64,000 bases of DNA from Epiperipatus broadwayi (taxonomy: Eukaryota > Animalia > Onychophora), in the NCBI GenBank assembly GCA_028023455.1, contig JAQFVV010000003.1, positions 23,622,001-23,686,000 on the forward strand. Reading direction: 5' to 3'. Position numbers and translations under genes: made by a program. Positions 51,745-64,000 of this stretch are shown here, one piece after another; within the stretch, counting starts at the first letter, position 1, and each line of letters starts with the position of its first letter. Under the pieces are notes generated by a model. The model ran no database searches, was not told the DNA's origin, and worked only from the letters and a program-made list of their open reading frames with translations.

Positions 51745-53904
51745 TGTAACAGTAGCCAGGTTCAACCTGTTACAAGGGAGTCACATAATATTCCCCCAAC
51801 TGACTAGAGAAGCATGAGGCCCATAAATTGGCCTCAATGTGTGAGTATGTACATAAAAAATCTTATATATATATATGTCGAAGAGAGAGAGATAAAGTTC
51901 AAAAGTGTTTTTTTTTATTTAAAAAAAAAAGGAGAGAGAAAGATGTATATAGTTACAGTGGTTTGTTTTAGAATGCATTCAGAAAAATATGTGTTAATAA
52001 ATTGTGGGAATGCAGTTATACGCAAATATATAAATTTTTTTTTGTATTATTACTTATTTCAAATGTATATTTTTCTTTGGTTTTATCGTACATAGTATTT
52101 TAATGAGAGTAATGAAAGAACTTTAATATATCTACATTGAGGCAATTTTGTGTCTTTTGTCCCATTACTTAACCACTCTAAATTGCAGGAAATCTTAAGT
52201 AAATGTCCAGTGAAAAAAAAAAGAAAAAAAGAAACCTAAAGGAAAAGTGTTAAAAGCATGCCTGATAAATAGAGATCTCAATGATGATAAACTATTTGGA
52301 AAAATAAAAGAATTGGAACCAAGGAGAGTAAGAGTGTTTTTCGGAGAGAAATGTTGTATTAATATTTTTTTTTTTTTTGTTAAGTTTACTGGTACAGTTA
52401 TACTCACATTATAAAAATGAAATATTAAAAGTTCTTCAATCAACTTTCTTGAGAAGAAAATGGATTTAACAATATCAACTTATATAATCACTATAATCCT
52501 AATGCTGGGGTAGAACAAATACATGTAAGGCAATCACCCTAAACTCCAAAAATATATAGCTGTTCTTGTTCAATGCATGCCCATCCAAGAACCCTAAGGA
52601 CCCTACCGGCACACTGCTAAAATAATCCAGGAAGGAATGAATCTTGAACCATATACAATAAGAAAGCTTCCAAGAAGCTATCATTATTTTCTATATCCAA
52701 GCAATACCACAAAATGGATGGTCATGCCGAACTTTTGTCATTAACAGAATTTTTTTTTCATTTGTCGACAATAAAGGATATTTAGATTTTGTTTGGATCA
52801 CTGAAACAAGTTTACATGGAAATAAACTTATCCCTAATAAAAAAAATAAAATCCCGGGTACTCCAAGGTAAATATGACTAATTTTTATTGTCTTAAGTGA
52901 ACTGAAAATTGCCTATCATTAATTTCTAAAGGTTTAATCATTGTTAAAAACTATATAATTTAATCTATAACATATAAATGCATTCTTACACATGCTGTTT
53001 AATTATACAGTCTTTTACATTTAATAAATTTTCTTTTTTTTATGTTATCATTTGATATGTAAATTATATATATTTTTCTCTTTTCTCAATATATAATTAG
53101 ATGGAATAATAATAAAATTGTATACTTACTTTAAAACATTATTTATCTATCATTAATGAACATATTTATCACTTATATTGGCCTAGTTCAGGACAATATA
53201 TATCACAAAATGAGTTGAGTATGCTTTTCCGAGTAAGCAATTAACTTGCTTTTAAACTCCAAACCATAAATTTGATAAGGAAATAGATTGTGTATTGAGG
53301 TAATAAATGTCTAGAATGGAGTTCAAGATGGCTAATTTTAAATGGCACACGATCTAATTTGAGAAGCATAGAAATCAGGGAAAGATTGTTCCAAATATGC
53401 AAATTTATTCATTTACCTCCATTCATCCTGATAGGTATTGTTACCGCCCAGCCCTTACCTCCCAGCCCTGGGATCTGAGCTAGCTAGAAGGCTGGGCATA
53501 TAATTAGTGATAGTTCTAAGATTATTTAGATAGGAAAAGTATGTTTTTTACAGTGTTAGTGAGATTGGCACTTGAGGTCAGCTATTAACTGATGCTCATA
53601 AATATGCTTTTTCCGAAGAAATTGTTGTTCGTCTTTTTAATGAGATAATGGTCACTAGGTAATTTTTTTTTGTTAACTTATATCCTTATATAGGATTTGT
53701 AAATTTTATTTCTTTAAGATTTCATTAAGAAAATGGATTTGTATTCGAACCCAATACAGTAGATAGTATTCAAATTCTATCTGCAGGTGGTATGGTGACT
53801 AGACAGCCATCATTTTGTGTTTATTACTTTACATGGGCAACAGATCCAATTTTTTTTAGCTATTTATACAAATAGCAAAATTGATACCAGGGTCGCCTGT
53901 TAAA
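51745..53904 (+). repeat. 5' LTR (2160 bp)
   Basis: Collinear with 57957-59204 plus 61081-61913. Begins TGTAACAGTAGCCAGGTTCAACCTGTTACA and ends GGGTCGCCTGTTAAA. Confidence 0.9.
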
Positions 53905-53905
53905 A

Positions 53906-53926
53906 TGGCTTCCCAATGAATGGGGC
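53906..53926 (+). promoter_or_regulatory. Primer-binding site, degenerate tRNA-Lys(CUU) type
   Basis: TGGCTTCCCAATGAATGGGGC, 1 nt after the LTR, resembles TGGCGCCCAACGTGGGGC (complement of the tRNA-Lys CUU 3' end). Confidence 0.55.
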
Positions 53927-54136
53927 TATGAAAGTAGAAGAATGGCAGGTTGATAAGATTTTTTTGTGTGTTGCTGTTATAGTTGTTAAGTATATGGTCT
54001 TGTTAATACTACAGGGAAGAATAAAGCACCAGTTAGGATTAGAGGTTCAACAATAGGCAGGTGACAGTCAGCATAGTACTTTGTGAGCTGGGGTGGTGAG
54101 CCTAGCACGTTAATAATAATAATAAATAGATAAATT

Positions 54137-57100
54137 ATGTCATCATTTCATGCAAAAATAAAAGTTATTTGTCTCAAAGATAAAGCAAAAGGGACAGGCA
54201 GGATTACAGGAGATAGGGTGGTGGAAATGAAGGTGTTTAGAGGACAGAAGGAAGAGAGTCTGAGAGAGCATATAAATAGTTTACAAAAATTTTTTAGGAG
54301 ATATGGGATGCCGGAGGAATTCAAAATAATCTTAGCGCAGATCCATCTTCAAGGGTATGCAAAAACATGGTGAAATTCCATGTTACACCAACACCAAACA
54401 TACCAGGAGTATGACACATCCTTAAAGAAGATGTTCTGGACTGAGGAACAGCAGGAGAATATCAAAATGTGAATCATTAATCAGAAGTTTTTAGGAAAAG
54501 GGAAGAAAAACTACGTACAGTTTTTCAGATGACAAATGGCCACCCTGAAGACATTAGAGAGTTATAAGCTATCTGAAAATCAGATAGTAAGAATGGTGTG
54601 TAGCTGAAGAAATTAGTCAAATTGAGGTAGAAGAGCAAATGAGGGAGATCGAAAATCGAAAAGTCACGGATAAATGTCAAACAGATCTGGCAGAGGAAGA
54701 AGGAATGATACACCTGAGGGAAAGGAAATGCATTGGGAATTTGGTGTGTTCATGGGAAGATAGGTTTCCTTACTATGCCAAACAGGAATGCCCAAAGATT
54801 CATATGGAACTCAATCAGATAGAAATAAAAACCCTTGTTGATTCAGGGAGTCAAATTTCTGTTATGTCAGAAACCCTATATTACAAACTGGTTAGGAAAC
54901 AACCAGGCATATGAACCCTTCCACTGAAGGCTACACAGGTGACAATGGTGAATAATAAGAGGACCAAGGTAGAACCTAAACAGATATGGGTAGACTTACA
55001 GATAAGTGGAAAAATTTTTGCTTATGTATTTCTTATTATGAAGGACCTGATACATGAGGCCATATTATGATCTGATTTCCTACACAAATAAAAATGTGTC
55101 CTGGACTATGAAAGGAAAAGAGTCACCTGCAAAGGAGAAACAATTAAATTTCTGCCAGTGGTCTGTGCCAGATCTATACCATTCATTTGGGGTCATGAAC
55201 ATTGAGGAAGACCCAATGGACAGAGTGATAGCTGAGAAAGTTAAGCAGGCAAATGTGGTCCATGGAGAAGAAGAGCATGCACAGCAGAAAATATTAGAAG
55301 AGTATGGCCACATTTTTTCAGATATACCGGGTGTCATTCAAGGATTCGAGCTAAGAATTAAGATAAATCAGGACCAGCCATTTCAGTCTAGGTCATACCC
55401 AGTCCCACATCAATACCGGAATGAGGTGAAGGAACAAATCAATCAAATGATAGAATGGGGAATTATTTTGAAGTGTTCTTCCCCATGTTGTAATCCACTG
55501 GTGAATGTCAGAAAAAAAAAGATGGGTCAGTCAGGATGTGTTTGGACCGAGACAACTTAACCGAATAACTGTCCCAGATTGTGTACTATCCCACTTCCTA
55601 TGCAGGAATTGTTAGGAAGATTTAAAGGAAAGAAAATATTTTCAACTTTTGATTTGACTGCCAGTTACTGGCAAATCCAACTCAAAAAAAGACCAGAAAT
55701 ATACCACCTTTAGATATGATGGTTATTCGTATCAATTTAACCATATGCCATTCGGCCTAATAAACAGCGGTGTGGGGTTGCTGAGATGCTTAGACCAAGT
55801 ATTGTCAGAGGAAATGAAAAAGTTGGTCACCATGTACATAGATGATGTATTAGTAGCATCAGCAACCATCAAAGAATATATTAAGGATGTAGAGGTATTT
55901 CTCAAAGAATGCGTAAAGAAAAGCATGTTATGTAAAGATGAAGTTACATTTTTGGGCCATGTTCCTAAGGAATAAAACCCCATCCAGACAAAATCTTGGA
56001 TATTAGAGAATTCCCTCAACCTACATCATGGAAGCAAATTTGATCATTTATGAGTCTCTGCAATTTCTATAACAGGTTTTATAAAGGATTCACAGAACAC
56101 ATGGAGCTTTTGGTCAAGCTGGTAAGAAAGAATGCTCTGTGGAAACGGGCTCAGAAAAAAGAGAAAGCCTTTGAGAATATAAAAAGAAGGTTTGAGAAAC
56201 AAGTCATATTGGCATTTACTGATTTCAAGAAGCCATTAATTGTACAAACAGACAGAGTGGGTATGGGCTAGGAGTTACATTATCCCAGAGGCAAGATGAT
56301 AATCAGATGAAAGTGTTGTACTTTATAAGCTGATTGCTTAAAGGACTTGAGTGTCATTATACCACTACTAAAAAGGAAGCTCTTAAAATTGTCTGGGCAT
56401 TCCAGAAGTTCAGGGCACCCTTGTTGGGATCAAAAGTGGTTGTCATTATTGACCATAAAAGCTTGGAGTTTTTGAACCACAGCTACTTGACCAACAGCCA
56501 GTTGATTAAATGGGGTCTATAGCTCCAGGAATATGATTACACCGTAAAATATTGCAAAGGGTTAGAACATTGTGCCTGACATATTGAGTCATAACCCTGC
56601 TCATTCCCAACCATGCCATTTAAATGGAGAGAACCTGTATATTGCCAATTTGAATCTAAAGATAAATGAAGCAGTAGAACAAGATTTGGCCAAACTACCA
56701 CACCGCCAATGGGAAGCTGGACAACTAAGGAAATTGATGGAGCAGCTAGAGAATATGGACAACTAAGGACATTTATGGAGCAGCTAGAGAAAACAATGGA
56801 CTTGAGATGGGTGGGAAACAAGGCAGGATGATAACAAATAAGACAATCAATATTACAGTACCAAATTCATGAGGACCAAGAGGAATGGAAGTCTGTTTTA
56901 CCACGTCAGACGAGGAGGCTGTTATTATCCATGTACACCAACTCTATGGTCATTATGGAACACTCAAAATGGGGCACTTACTTACTCCAGGACTGGTTTT
57001 ATTGACCCAGAATGAATACTAAAATTATGGCCATGATAGGCCAGTGTGGGATATGACAAAAAGCAAAGCCAACAAGTAGAAGTTATGTAACACCTATGAC

Positions 57101-57890
57101 TTCCATACATCCAACAAGGCCCCAGGAAATGATGGCCCTGGATTACTATGGCCCTTTGCCCCCCTTTAACAAGAACTATCTCCTCATAGTCTATGATCTA
57201 TTCTCAAAATTTGTGGCTGCACATCTGATATCCGAGGCAAATACTAAGAACACCATAAAAATGCTAGAAAATAACCACTTTCCCACTTTGGGGAAATCAG
57301 ACATTTTATTATCAGATCATGGTACTCTCTTCACATTGGGAGAATGGCATAGGGAATTAAGCATGTATTGACATCCATCTGTAATCCACAATTGAACCCA
57401 TGTGAGTCATGCGATAACTAGGTCCATTATTTACATCTTCCAATGAACTATCGAGGGTGGGTCAAACAAGTTTCACAGGTCATCAATTATATCAATTGGT
57501 TGGTCAACAAATCGACCGGGTTTGCCCCAATATGGCTGCATTTAGGAAAACATGTCCCTCGATTGCTAAAAAAAACCATTGCCTGGGTTGAAAGAGCCCC
57601 CCATAGATGTAGAAGCCAGTAAAGCTCAAGCTTACCAGACCCTTATGAAAAGGAGTCAAAATAGAAATAAAAAGTCAGCAGGTACATGACACCGACTCCA
57701 AATAGGGGGCAGGGTAATGGTGAAAATACCACATGTTAGCAACCCAGGAAAATTTGTCTACCATAAGTTTTGTAATTTATATGAGGGTCCATTTACTATT
57801 GTACAGTGCCAGGGAAATAATGCATTTTGAGTTGACACTGGGTCAGAGGTTAAAGGGTCATACAATGCTAGGGCTTTAAAGCCTGTACTG
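54137..57890 (+). pseudogene. Gypsy gag-pol, many stops and frameshifts
   Basis: gag-like FRGQKEESLREHINSL..LQGYAKTW; protease TLVDSGSQISVM; RT YPVP, FSTFDL..YWQI, MPFGL, YIDDVLV, FLGH; RNase H VQTD, YTTTKKEAL.IVWA.QKFR, DHKSL; integrase HQLYGHYG, ALDYYGPLP, LSDHGTLFT, and GPF motif (YEGPFTI). Confidence 0.9.
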
Positions 57891-57942
57891 TAATGGATTT
57901 TTTTTTTGGTTAACCCTCAAAATAAGTACAAAATGTCTTTCC

Positions 57943-57955
57943 AACAGGGGGGGCA
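57943..57955 (+). promoter_or_regulatory. Polypurine tract
   Basis: AACAGGGGGGGCA immediately before the 3' LTR TG. Confidence 0.8.
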
Positions 57956-59228
57956 TTGTAACAATAGCCGGGTTCAAACCTTTTTATAAGGGAGTCACAT
58001 AATATTCCCCAACTGCTTAGAGAAGCATGAGGCCCATAAATTGGCCTTAATGTGTGAGTATATATATATAAAAATCATATATATATATATATGTCAAAGA
58101 GAGATATAGTGGTTTGTTTTAGACTACATTAGAAAAATATGTGTTAATAAATTGTAGGAATGCAATTATATGCAAATATATATAAAAAATTTGTATTATT
58201 ACTTATTTCAAATGTATACTTTTCTTTGGTTTTATCATACATAGTATTTTAATGAGATAACGAAAGAACTTTGATATATCTATCTTGAGGCATTACTTAT
58301 TTCAAATGTATACTTTTCTTTGGTTTTATCATACATAGTATTTTAATGAGATAACGAAAGAACTTTAATATATCTACCTTGAGGCAATTTTGTGTCTCTT
58401 GTCCGATTACTTAACCACTTTAAATTTCAGGAAATCTTAAGTAAATGTACAGCAAAAAAAAAAAAAGGAAAAAAGAAACCTAAAGGAAAAGTGTTAAAAG
58501 CATGCCTGAGAAATAGAGATCTCACTGATAATAAACTATTTGGAAAAATAAAAGAATTGGAGCCAAGGAGAGTAAGAATGTTTTCAGACAGAAATGTTGT
58601 GTTAATATATTTTTTTTTGTTAAGTTTACTGGTGCATATAATCATAATGCTGGGGTAGAACAAATACAAGTAAGGTGATCACCCTAAGCTCCAAATATAT
58701 ATAGCTGTTTCTATTCAATGCCTGCTCATCCAAGAACCCTAAGGACCCTACCGGAATGCCGCTAAAATGATCCAGGAAGGAATGAACTTGAACCGTATAC
58801 AATAAGAAAGCTTCCAATAAGCCATCATTATTTTCTATATCCAAACAATACCACAAAATGGATGGTCATGCCGGACTTTTGCCATTAACAGATTTTTTTT
58901 TTCATTTGTTGACAATAAAGGATATATAGATTTTGTTTGGATAATTGAAACAAGTTTACGTGGAAATAAACTTATCCCTAATAAAAAAATAAAATCCCAG
59001 GTACTCCAAGGTAAATATGATTAATTTTTATTGTCTTAAGTGAACTGAAAATTGCCTATCGTTACTCTCTAAAGATTTAATCATTGTTTAAAACTATGTA
59101 ATTTAATCTGTAATGTATAAATGCATTCTTACACATGCTTTTTAATTATATGGTCTTTCATATTTAATAAATTTAGTTTTTTTTATGTTATCATTTTTAT
59201 ATATTGTGACGACCACGTAAAGTCGTCA

Positions 59229-59503
59229 ACACACATATATATTTATTAATAAAATTAGAAAGTAATAAAGGTGAAATAAATTAGCTAATAAATTTTTTTT
59301 TTAAAAAAGAAAGGAAGGAAAAGAAAAATTGAAATTCTAATGTCAAAATTACTGTGGATTTTTGTCACACACATATATATTTATTAATAAAATTAGAAAG
59401 TAATAAAGGTGAAATAAATTAGCTAATAAATTTTTTTTTAAAAAAAGAAAGGAAGGAAAAGAAAAATTGAAATTCTAATGTCAAAATTACTGTGGATTTT
59501 TGT
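59229..59503. repeat. Near-perfect tandem duplication, period 138 bp
   Basis: ACACACATATATATTTATTAATAAAATTAG...CTGTGGATTTTTGT at 59229-59365 and 59367-59503, differing essentially only in one T-run length. Confidence 0.9.
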
Positions 59504-60175
59504 AATAATAAGAGAAGGGGAGGGGGCTGCATAAATAAAGAAATGTGTCTCTTTCTCTCTTATAAGTCAAATGCTAGAAATTATTTTTGTTTATTGTGGG
59601 AGAGGGGAAGTGGATGCATAAAAAAAATGCGTTTCTTCTCTCTTTTAAAAAACATATTATAACAAATTAAAATAAATGTAAAACGTAAATGTGAAAGAAA
59701 AAAATGAATGAATTGTAAACTTTAAATAAAATAAATGTAATATGTGATATATAAAAAGAAACCATATTGGCAGTAGGTGTGAATGTCTGTTGGACAAATT
59801 AAATTCCACGGACAAAGAAATGTTATCAACGGAAGATCTTTGCCTGATCTGTTAAATTAATTGGGACTTACATTTCAGCCACTAATTAAATAAAGAAACA
59901 TAATGATAAGAATTGGTTGGAAATCTAGGTCTTAATTAAAAATTTGAAAAACAACGAACAAAGAAAGAGATTAATAAAATTACAATTTTTGTCTGGCATT
60001 GCTAGTAGAGACTTTAGAGAAGCAACAGCTAAAAGAAAATGGGAGAAGTGCGTGGCTAGTGGCGTTAAAGGAACGTGGGTTCGGATTCAAGCCGTCTCAT
60101 CACTGACTCGCAATGTAAGATCTTTGCCTGACCTGCTAGAGGGATCACCGCTCCTGTAGCTGTCAATTGAAACTC

Positions 60176-60298
60176 AACCTAAAGAATCAACCGGCAAACT
60201 GGATGAAAATAACCCCACAAACTGAGGAAGTTAATGGAGAACCTAAAGAATCAACCAGCAAACTGGAACGAAATAACCCCAAAACTGAGGAAGTTAAT
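60176..60298 (+). repeat. Two-copy tandem repeat of about 64 bp
   Basis: AACCTAAAGAATCAACC(G/A)GCAAACTGGA..AAATAACCCC..AAACTGAGGAAGTTAAT twice. Confidence 0.85.
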
Positions 60299-62129
60299 CA
60301 AGAGCGCTCGGAAGAAATACCCATGGGACAATTACAACAAAGCCTAGGTAAATGCATGCATGCATTTTCATTCGTCTACTATTCATAATTAAATATAAAA
60401 TTAATGATTTGATAAATAGAACTCTATCAACAGGACTTTAAGAACTTTTATATCTGATCTATTTTCATATATTTATTATAGCCATGTATTTATAAGTGTG
60501 TGTTTATTATTATTATGTAATTTTTTATATAAAGTGTGAATATTATTATTAAACATATTTGTCATTAAATTTCGTATCCTTGCTTTATTTTCCTATCACC
60601 AAGCTACGACAGGGGGGAAACTGTAAGTAGTGATTAAAGGGGCATACTGATTTGTTTAAGATATTCATGTGCTGCTTGTTCATGCGGAATCCCAATTCTA
60701 AAAAAATAAATAGCAAGCGCTGGACATTCGCTAAGTTTCTTTGAAATAGTTTGCTCTGTTCAGCAGCTGAGAGTTTTGGCTGGGAAAAATAACGCCAAGA
60801 TAATATGTACGTATTGCCTTGGGGTTCAGTCAAGGGTATAGATATGAAGTTAAATTTGTATCTGTATTAGCTCTCTGCTTGTATTGTAACGGTGTTGGTT
60901 AAAATAATGAATAAGATAATAAAGAATCTAAGTTGAAAACAATAAATGGATAAAGAGTCAAAGTCAGAGAAAGAATTAAAGTATAATAAATTAAGTATAA
61001 TGTAGAATAAAATAATCGAAATAAATATAGTTGAAAGTACAAATAATTACTCAACCGTACGAATAACCATTCCCATTATAATATATATATATTTCTCTTT
61101 TCTCAATATTTAATTAGACGGAATAGTAATAAAATTGTATACTATTTGTCTATTATTAATGAACATATTTATCATTTATATTGGCCTAGTTCCCTTCATG
61201 ACAATATATATATCGCAAAAGAGTTGAGTATGCTTTCCGAGTCAGCAATTATATTAATGCACTTTTAAACTCCAAACCATAAATTTGATAAGGAAATAGA
61301 TTGTGTATTGAGGTAATACATGTCTAGAAGAAGAGTTCAAGGTAGCTAATTTGAAATGGCACATGATCTAATTTGAGAAGCATAGAAATCAGGAAAAGAT
61401 TGTTCCAAATACCCAAATTTATCCATTTATGTCTGTTCAGCCTGATAGGTATTGTTACCTCCCAGCCCTGGTATCTGAGCTAGCTAGAGGGCCGCACACC
61501 TAATTATCATTAGTTCTAAGATTATTTAGATAGGAAAAGTATAATTCTTATGGTGTTAGTGAGATTCGCGCTTGAGGTAAGCTAGTAACTGACGCTCATA
61601 ATATACTTTGTCCGAAGAAATTGTTGTTCCTCTTTTTAATGAGATAATGGCCACTAGGTAGATTTTTATTTTTTTATTTTGTTAACTTATATCCTTATAT
61701 AGGATTTGTAAATTTTATTTCTTAAGATTTCATTAAGAAAGTGGATTCGTATTAGAACACAATACGGTAGATAGTATTAAAATTCTATCTGCAGGTGGTA
61801 TAGCGACTAGACAGCCATAGTTTTGTGTTTACTACCTTACATGGTCAACAAATCCAATTTTTTTTTAACTATTTATACAAACAACAAAATTGATACCTGG
61901 GTCGCTTGTTAAAATATTAATTTATTAACTGTCTGTGTATTTTTCTTTTAATCTGTGTGTAAAATTATTTTAAAATGTTACATAGTAAATAAAATTTAGA
62001 AGTTGAAAAAAAGTAGTCACTTTCCAATTTTTTTTGGATGGTAGAAGTTTCCAAATTATAAGAAGCCAGATTTATGATATTCTGCCATTAGCTCAACATT
62101 TTCAACTATTCTCAATATTTTATTTCTCA

Positions 62130-64000
62130 GTATATTTATTAAGGCTTTATATATATACATTGATGTTTATTGACTGGTCTGTTGATTCTTGAGGTCTATA
62201 CTATGTCAGTGTACTATTTGGTATTTCCATCATTTTCCAAGTCAATCTTCACTTATATGGCTCCATGTATCTTTGTCTTTAATAATAGGCACTAGAATTA
62301 GATCTCTCCTGAATTTTTTTAATTTGTTGCATCTCACCAACCATATTGCCATTATTATGTAAAGGGATAGCCTTATGGTCATAAAATGCTTAGATTGGAT
62401 ACTTTGTTTTAATGATGCAATGATGTAGTAGTCTGTTTTAATGTTTCTATAGATATATTGTTTTGTTATTAGTAGTCCATGACAGTTCTCAATGATATGA
62501 TTAATGTCTCTTCTGTTCTTTTGCAATTGGAATACATTGGGTTGATTTTAGATATGCCCCTTTTATAGTGTAGGAACCAATTGATGGGCATGGCATAAGA
62601 CTTTTGTAATTTTATGATTTGTTAGTCCTAGCTTCCCTGGAATTATTTTTGTTTGTGGATGCATAAATTCATAGACATCCCAGATTTTGAGTTTTGATTT
62701 AAATGCTTGCTTTGTTAGTGTTTCATATTGTTTTAATTTTCCTATTATGAAGTTTAACCAGTCATTTTTCTTTGATGGGGGTTGATCCATTGGGGTGACT
62801 AGCTCCAAAATGTTCTCATATTTAAGGTGAATTAAAAGTTGATGGATTACATTGTGATTCTTTTGTATAAAGGAGGATGTAGACCTGGAATTGTTTTTTT
62901 TACTTGTGTCAGATGCGTTAGCATTTTATAAATGATTGGTACTGAGAATTGTCTTAGATGAGCCAATAGGAATCTTGGAATTCCATGTAATCCAGGATGG
63001 ATATGGTCAGGCATTGTTTGTAATTTCGCTAGTATTGTATCTTGAGATATGCCATGGTTGTGAAGTATTTGAAACTCTCTTTCTTGATTTGCTTGGAATT
63101 GTTCAGAATCCTGTAGTTTGGTTCTGTAATGTTCCATAATTTTTATGAGCATTGAGGTGCCAATGTATGATATGCCTTTTATGTTTATTATGTTTGAAGT
63201 GGTCTATTTTCTCCAAGTGCCCATCTAAAGTAAGCTTTGGTCCAACAGTGTTGATTTACCAGGAAAACTTTACCTCTTTTTATTGCAATGTATTGGACAA
63301 TTTGTTATTGTTTGCCTCTGTACTCTTTTTTTTATGTTGATTAGATCTTCAATGTTTGTTGAGCCTGTGACATGAGACTTTATTAGGTTGCTTAAAGAGT
63401 CTAGTTCCTTTATTAGAGTAAGTGGTTCTTTCCTCCTTTTGGTATGATGTGTTATCAGGGATTAAAGTATTCCAATAAAAGAAAACCATGCCTCCTCAGC
63501 TGATCTAGATAGGATATTTATTTTTTGAAAGTAAATGTATGCTTCTGAAGGTATTGCCTTTGTGATGCTTTCTTTGGTTAGTAATCTAATAGTTCTTTGC
63601 TCAAGTGAAATCAATCCATTTGTGATGTCAAGATCTATTATCAGTGTGCAGTGATCAAGAAAGTGGACTGGCTCTAATACTGCTTCTATTTATTGTGGTA
63701 AGCATAGAAGCAAATCAATTAGAGATTGATGCTGTTTGGTATAAAATGAGATGGAGTTTAATGGAAACAGACATTCTCCACATATTATCAGTGCATTTAT
63801 CAGATGAATGTAATTCCTGTTAAATTCTTGGTAATTTATAGTGAAATCCCCAAGAAATAGCGTGGTGGCTATTGTTAGCTAAGATCTTATATAGTTATTG
63901 ACTTTGTTGCTAGTATATATGTATATTAGGTTCAGTGTGGCTCCTTGATAATTGATGTTTATAGCAATTATGTTTTTGTCAATATATAGTATGTGGAATT
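62130..64000 (-). mobile_element. L1/Tx1-like LINE copy: endonuclease remnant, linker, C-terminal domain; RT core missing; runs off the window end
   Basis: Minus strand shows APE-type remnants (TLNLIYIY, LGDF, SKIDL, SPLS.DH) at about 64000-63640, linker ending HPGLHGIP (about 62990), then directly the C-terminal domain (PMDQPPSKKNDWL, KIWDVY, NCKRTEETL.HI.ENC), homologous to 41317-41850. Confidence 0.75.

Larger units (their letters stand above)
59205..61080. mobile_element. Nested LTR-like insertion (probable solo LTR of another family)
   Basis: Absent from the 5' LTR. Starts TGTGAC, ends ATTATA (TG...CA-like with one change) and is flanked by ATAT/ATAT. Retains many CpGs, so it is younger. 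No pol motifs. Confidence 0.65.
51745..61913 (+). mobile_element. Decayed Ty3/Gypsy LTR retrotransposon
   Basis: Two homologous LTRs starting TGTAAC and ending TGTTAAA, 4-bp TSD ATAT (51741-51744 / 61914-61917), PBS, PPT, and pol domain order PR-RT-RH-IN. Confidence 0.93.
57957..61913 (+). repeat. 3' LTR, split by a 1876-bp insertion and carrying a 94-bp tandem duplication (58198-58385)
   Basis: Homology to the 5' LTR stops at 59204 and resumes at 61081. ATTACTTATTTCAAATGTATACTTTT...TTGAGGC occurs twice in tandem. Confidence 0.88.

Noticed and set aside
60050-60100. TGGCTAGTGG...GGTTCGGATTC resembling A/B boxes inside the nested insertion
   Set aside because: Spacing is too short and there is no cloverleaf.
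1375-63340. Remaining 60-95 aa ORFs in the supplied track
   Set aside because: Low-complexity I/F/L/K/Y/N-rich translations typical of random AT-rich DNA or antisense to TE ORFs; no domain motifs.

Overview
Very AT-rich, CpG-depleted eukaryotic genomic DNA, most likely from an invertebrate animal (inferred from the transposon repertoire). I found no convincing host protein-coding exon; the window looks intergenic or intronic and is dominated by transposon relics. These include: a full-length but frameshifted RTE LINE (4155-7388); two older RTE fragments; two Penelope-like element (PLE) fragments with RT/GIY-YIG remnants; a decayed mariner; an internally deleted hAT; four copies of an L1/Tx1-like LINE; a decayed Gypsy LTR element (51745-61913) whose 3' LTR is split by a second LTR-like insertion; and five tRNA-Gly-derived short SINE-like insertions with target-site duplications (TSDs). 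The most notable signal is RNA-level. At least three unrelated dispersed repeat families (my labels A, C, D) carry minimal type I hammerhead-ribozyme cores, usually inside fold-back (inverted-repeat) structures. In family A, the PLE terminal repeat, the hammerhead sits directly behind a tRNA-Lys-like A-box/B-box cassette. The exact 5' end of the RTE also looks like a decayed HDV-like ribozyme. All alignments, folds and translations were done by eye, so boundaries of decayed elements are approximate.
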